The translations under genes were made by a program, and so were the position numbers. A stretch of DNA of 32,000 nucleotides. Source: Synechocystis sp. PCC 6803 substr. PCC-P (lineage in GTDB: Bacteria; Cyanobacteriota; Cyanobacteriia; Cyanobacteriales; Microcystaceae). The stretch is taken from assembly GCF_000284455.1 (NCBI RefSeq), contig NC_017039.1, positions 1,020,001 through 1,052,000 on the forward strand, in the 5' to 3' direction. Shown here piece after piece: positions 30,669-32,000 of the stretch (its first letter is position 1; each line of letters begins with the position of its first letter). The notes beneath the pieces were generated by a model that saw nothing but the letters and a program-made list of their open reading frames with translations, ran no database searches and was not told where the DNA came from.

Positions 30669-30798
30669 ATGGTGCTGGCTAAAAATGGCGATCGATAATT
30701 GGGGTTAGGAGAAATTGGCCTACCCAAAAACCCCTGGGGAAGCCGTGGTAGGATTAGGCGAAAATAATCTCCCGACGAAAATTGGGGCGAAACTCACT

Positions 30799-30984
30799 AT
30801 GGATTCAGGCAAAATCGTGGCCATTGTCACCGGTGCCATCTCAATTATTTTAGCTGTAGCGTATCTAGTTTTAGTACAAATTCTCGACTTTCGTGGCGAA
30901 ATGGTGCCAGCGCCGATGGAAACCATGGGTCTGCTTACCCACATTACGGCGATCGCCAACGGCTCATTGTTGCCCTTTAGTTGA
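30799..30984 (+). CDS. Small single-TM conserved protein
   Basis: Internal ATG gives MDSGKIVAIVTGAISIILAVAYLVLVQILDFRGEMVPAPMETMGLLTHITAIANGSLLPFS (61 aa) with one clear TM helix. The tracked 30715 start adds a less plausible N-terminus. Confidence 0.65.
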   Translation: MDSGKIVAIVTGAISIILAVAYLVLVQILDFRGEMVPAPMETMGLLTHITAIANGSLLPFS

Positions 30985-31066
30985 GCATTGCCCGTTAGTT
31001 ATCCCCTAACCACGAACAGGGTCAGCTATAATCAGAACCGTACAAATCTTTACATTAAGCGTTGCC

Positions 31067-31333
31067 ATGGCTGTCTCGGCAAAAATTGAAATTTATACAT
31101 GGAGCACTTGCCCTTTTTGCATGAGAGCCCTGGCTTTATTGAAACGTAAAGGAGTAGAGTTCCAAGAATATTGCATTGACGGCGACAACGAAGCAAGGGA
31201 AGCCATGGCGGCAAGGGCCAACGGCAAAAGGAGCTTGCCCCAAATTTTTATTGACGACCAACACATTGGTGGCTGTGATGACATCTATGCCCTAGATGGT
31301 GCAGGCAAGTTGGACCCCCTGCTCCATAGTTAG
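31067..31333 (+). CDS. grxC: Glutaredoxin (GrxC-like)
   Basis: 88 aa; IYTWSTCPFCMRALALLKRKGVEF, QIFIDDQHIGGCDDIYALDGAGKL. Confidence 0.97.
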   Translation: MAVSAKIEIYTWSTCPFCMRALALLKRKGVEFQEYCIDGDNEAREAMAARANGKRSLPQIFIDDQHIGGCDDIYALDGAGKLDPLLHS

Positions 31334-31414
31334 GCTGGCTAATCTTATTCGTATATATATTATTTGTCTTCAACCATTACGGCTTCTGCCCCCATCCCAA
31401 GGATATTGACCCTG

Positions 31415-32000
31415 TGAAACTGGCTTTTATTATCGATCCCCTAGAAAAACTCGATCCGGGCCATGATTCCACCGTTGCCATCATGGAAGCGGCCCAAAAG
31501 TTGGGACACGAAGTTTTTGTCACATCAGTGGGGGATTTGGCCGTTATCAATGGCCAGGCCTGGGCTAAATTAGCGGCGGTACGCCTTCAGCCTGTGATTT
31601 TGGTCGATGGGCACTGGCAAGTTTCCCAACCTTGGTCCGAACTGTCCAAATCCCAGTGGATGGCCCTGACGGAATGCCAAGCAGTCTTTATGCGTAAGGA
31701 TCCGCCGGTGACCGTGCAATATCTCTACGCCACCTTCATTTTGGAGTTACTAGCCCCCACCAAGACCATGGTGATCAATTCCCCCCAGGGGCTACGGGAA
31801 GCCAATGAAAAAATGTACACCCTGCAGTTTGCTGCGGTGATGCCTCCCACGGTGGTTAGTTTGGACAAGGGCCTGATCCGCCAGTTTTTGGAAGAGCACG
31901 GGGCGGCAGTGTTAAAACCCTTGGGAGGTAAGGCCGGGGAGGGAATTTTGTTTCTCGATCCTGGCGATCGAAACTTCAACTCCCTGGTGGAGATTAGTAC
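31415..32000 (+). CDS. gshB: Glutathione synthetase, 5' part (runs off window)
   Basis: Manually translated from GTG 31415: (M)KLAFIIDPLEKLDPGHDSTVAIMEAAQKLGHEVFVTSVGDLAVIN..., open to the window end. Not in the ORF track. Adjacent to glutaredoxin. Confidence 0.93.

Noticed and set aside
1-32000. CRISPR array, prophage, tRNA/rRNA or large biosynthetic cluster
   Set aside because: No regularly spaced repeats, phage structural genes, tRNA-like sequence or clustered NRPS/PKS/RiPP genes were seen. A tRNAscan/Infernal run would be needed to exclude small RNAs fully.

Overview
The window is ordinary chromosomal DNA from a cyanobacterium. It has about 25 copies of the octamer GCGATCGC (HIP1), and the gene content and order strongly resemble Synechocystis sp. 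PCC 6803; that strain match is from memory, not a database search. It is dense with housekeeping and conserved genes: a PRC-barrel protein, a PcrA/UvrD-type helicase, a DUF151 protein, a TIGR01777-type epimerase, a MalK-like ABC ATPase, a Ser/Thr kinase, a HAD hydrolase, purC, an Omp85/BamA protein, prfC, a SulP transporter, a tandem Usp protein, a FAD oxidoreductase, an SH3b repeat protein, sdhA, a solo PCP_red-domain protein, a HIT protein, two alpha/beta hydrolases, a DUF192 lipoprotein, bfd, a GT-C-like membrane protein with a GtrA-like partner, codA, a MazF-like toxin with its partner, glutaredoxin and the start of gshB. The only clearly mobile-looking structure is a pair of ~223 bp MITE-like elements. 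They share ~93% identity, lie in inverted orientation, each carry terminal inverted repeats, and flank a lone 311-aa ORF of unknown function (1067-2531). I found no CRISPR array, prophage, tRNA/rRNA or convincing new multigene system. The items most worth follow-up are the MITE-flanked ORF and its pseudokinase-like protein, the AT-rich region upstream of the toxin-antitoxin pair, the paired TTGATCAA sites before sdhA, and the uncharacterised GT-C/GtrA pair.
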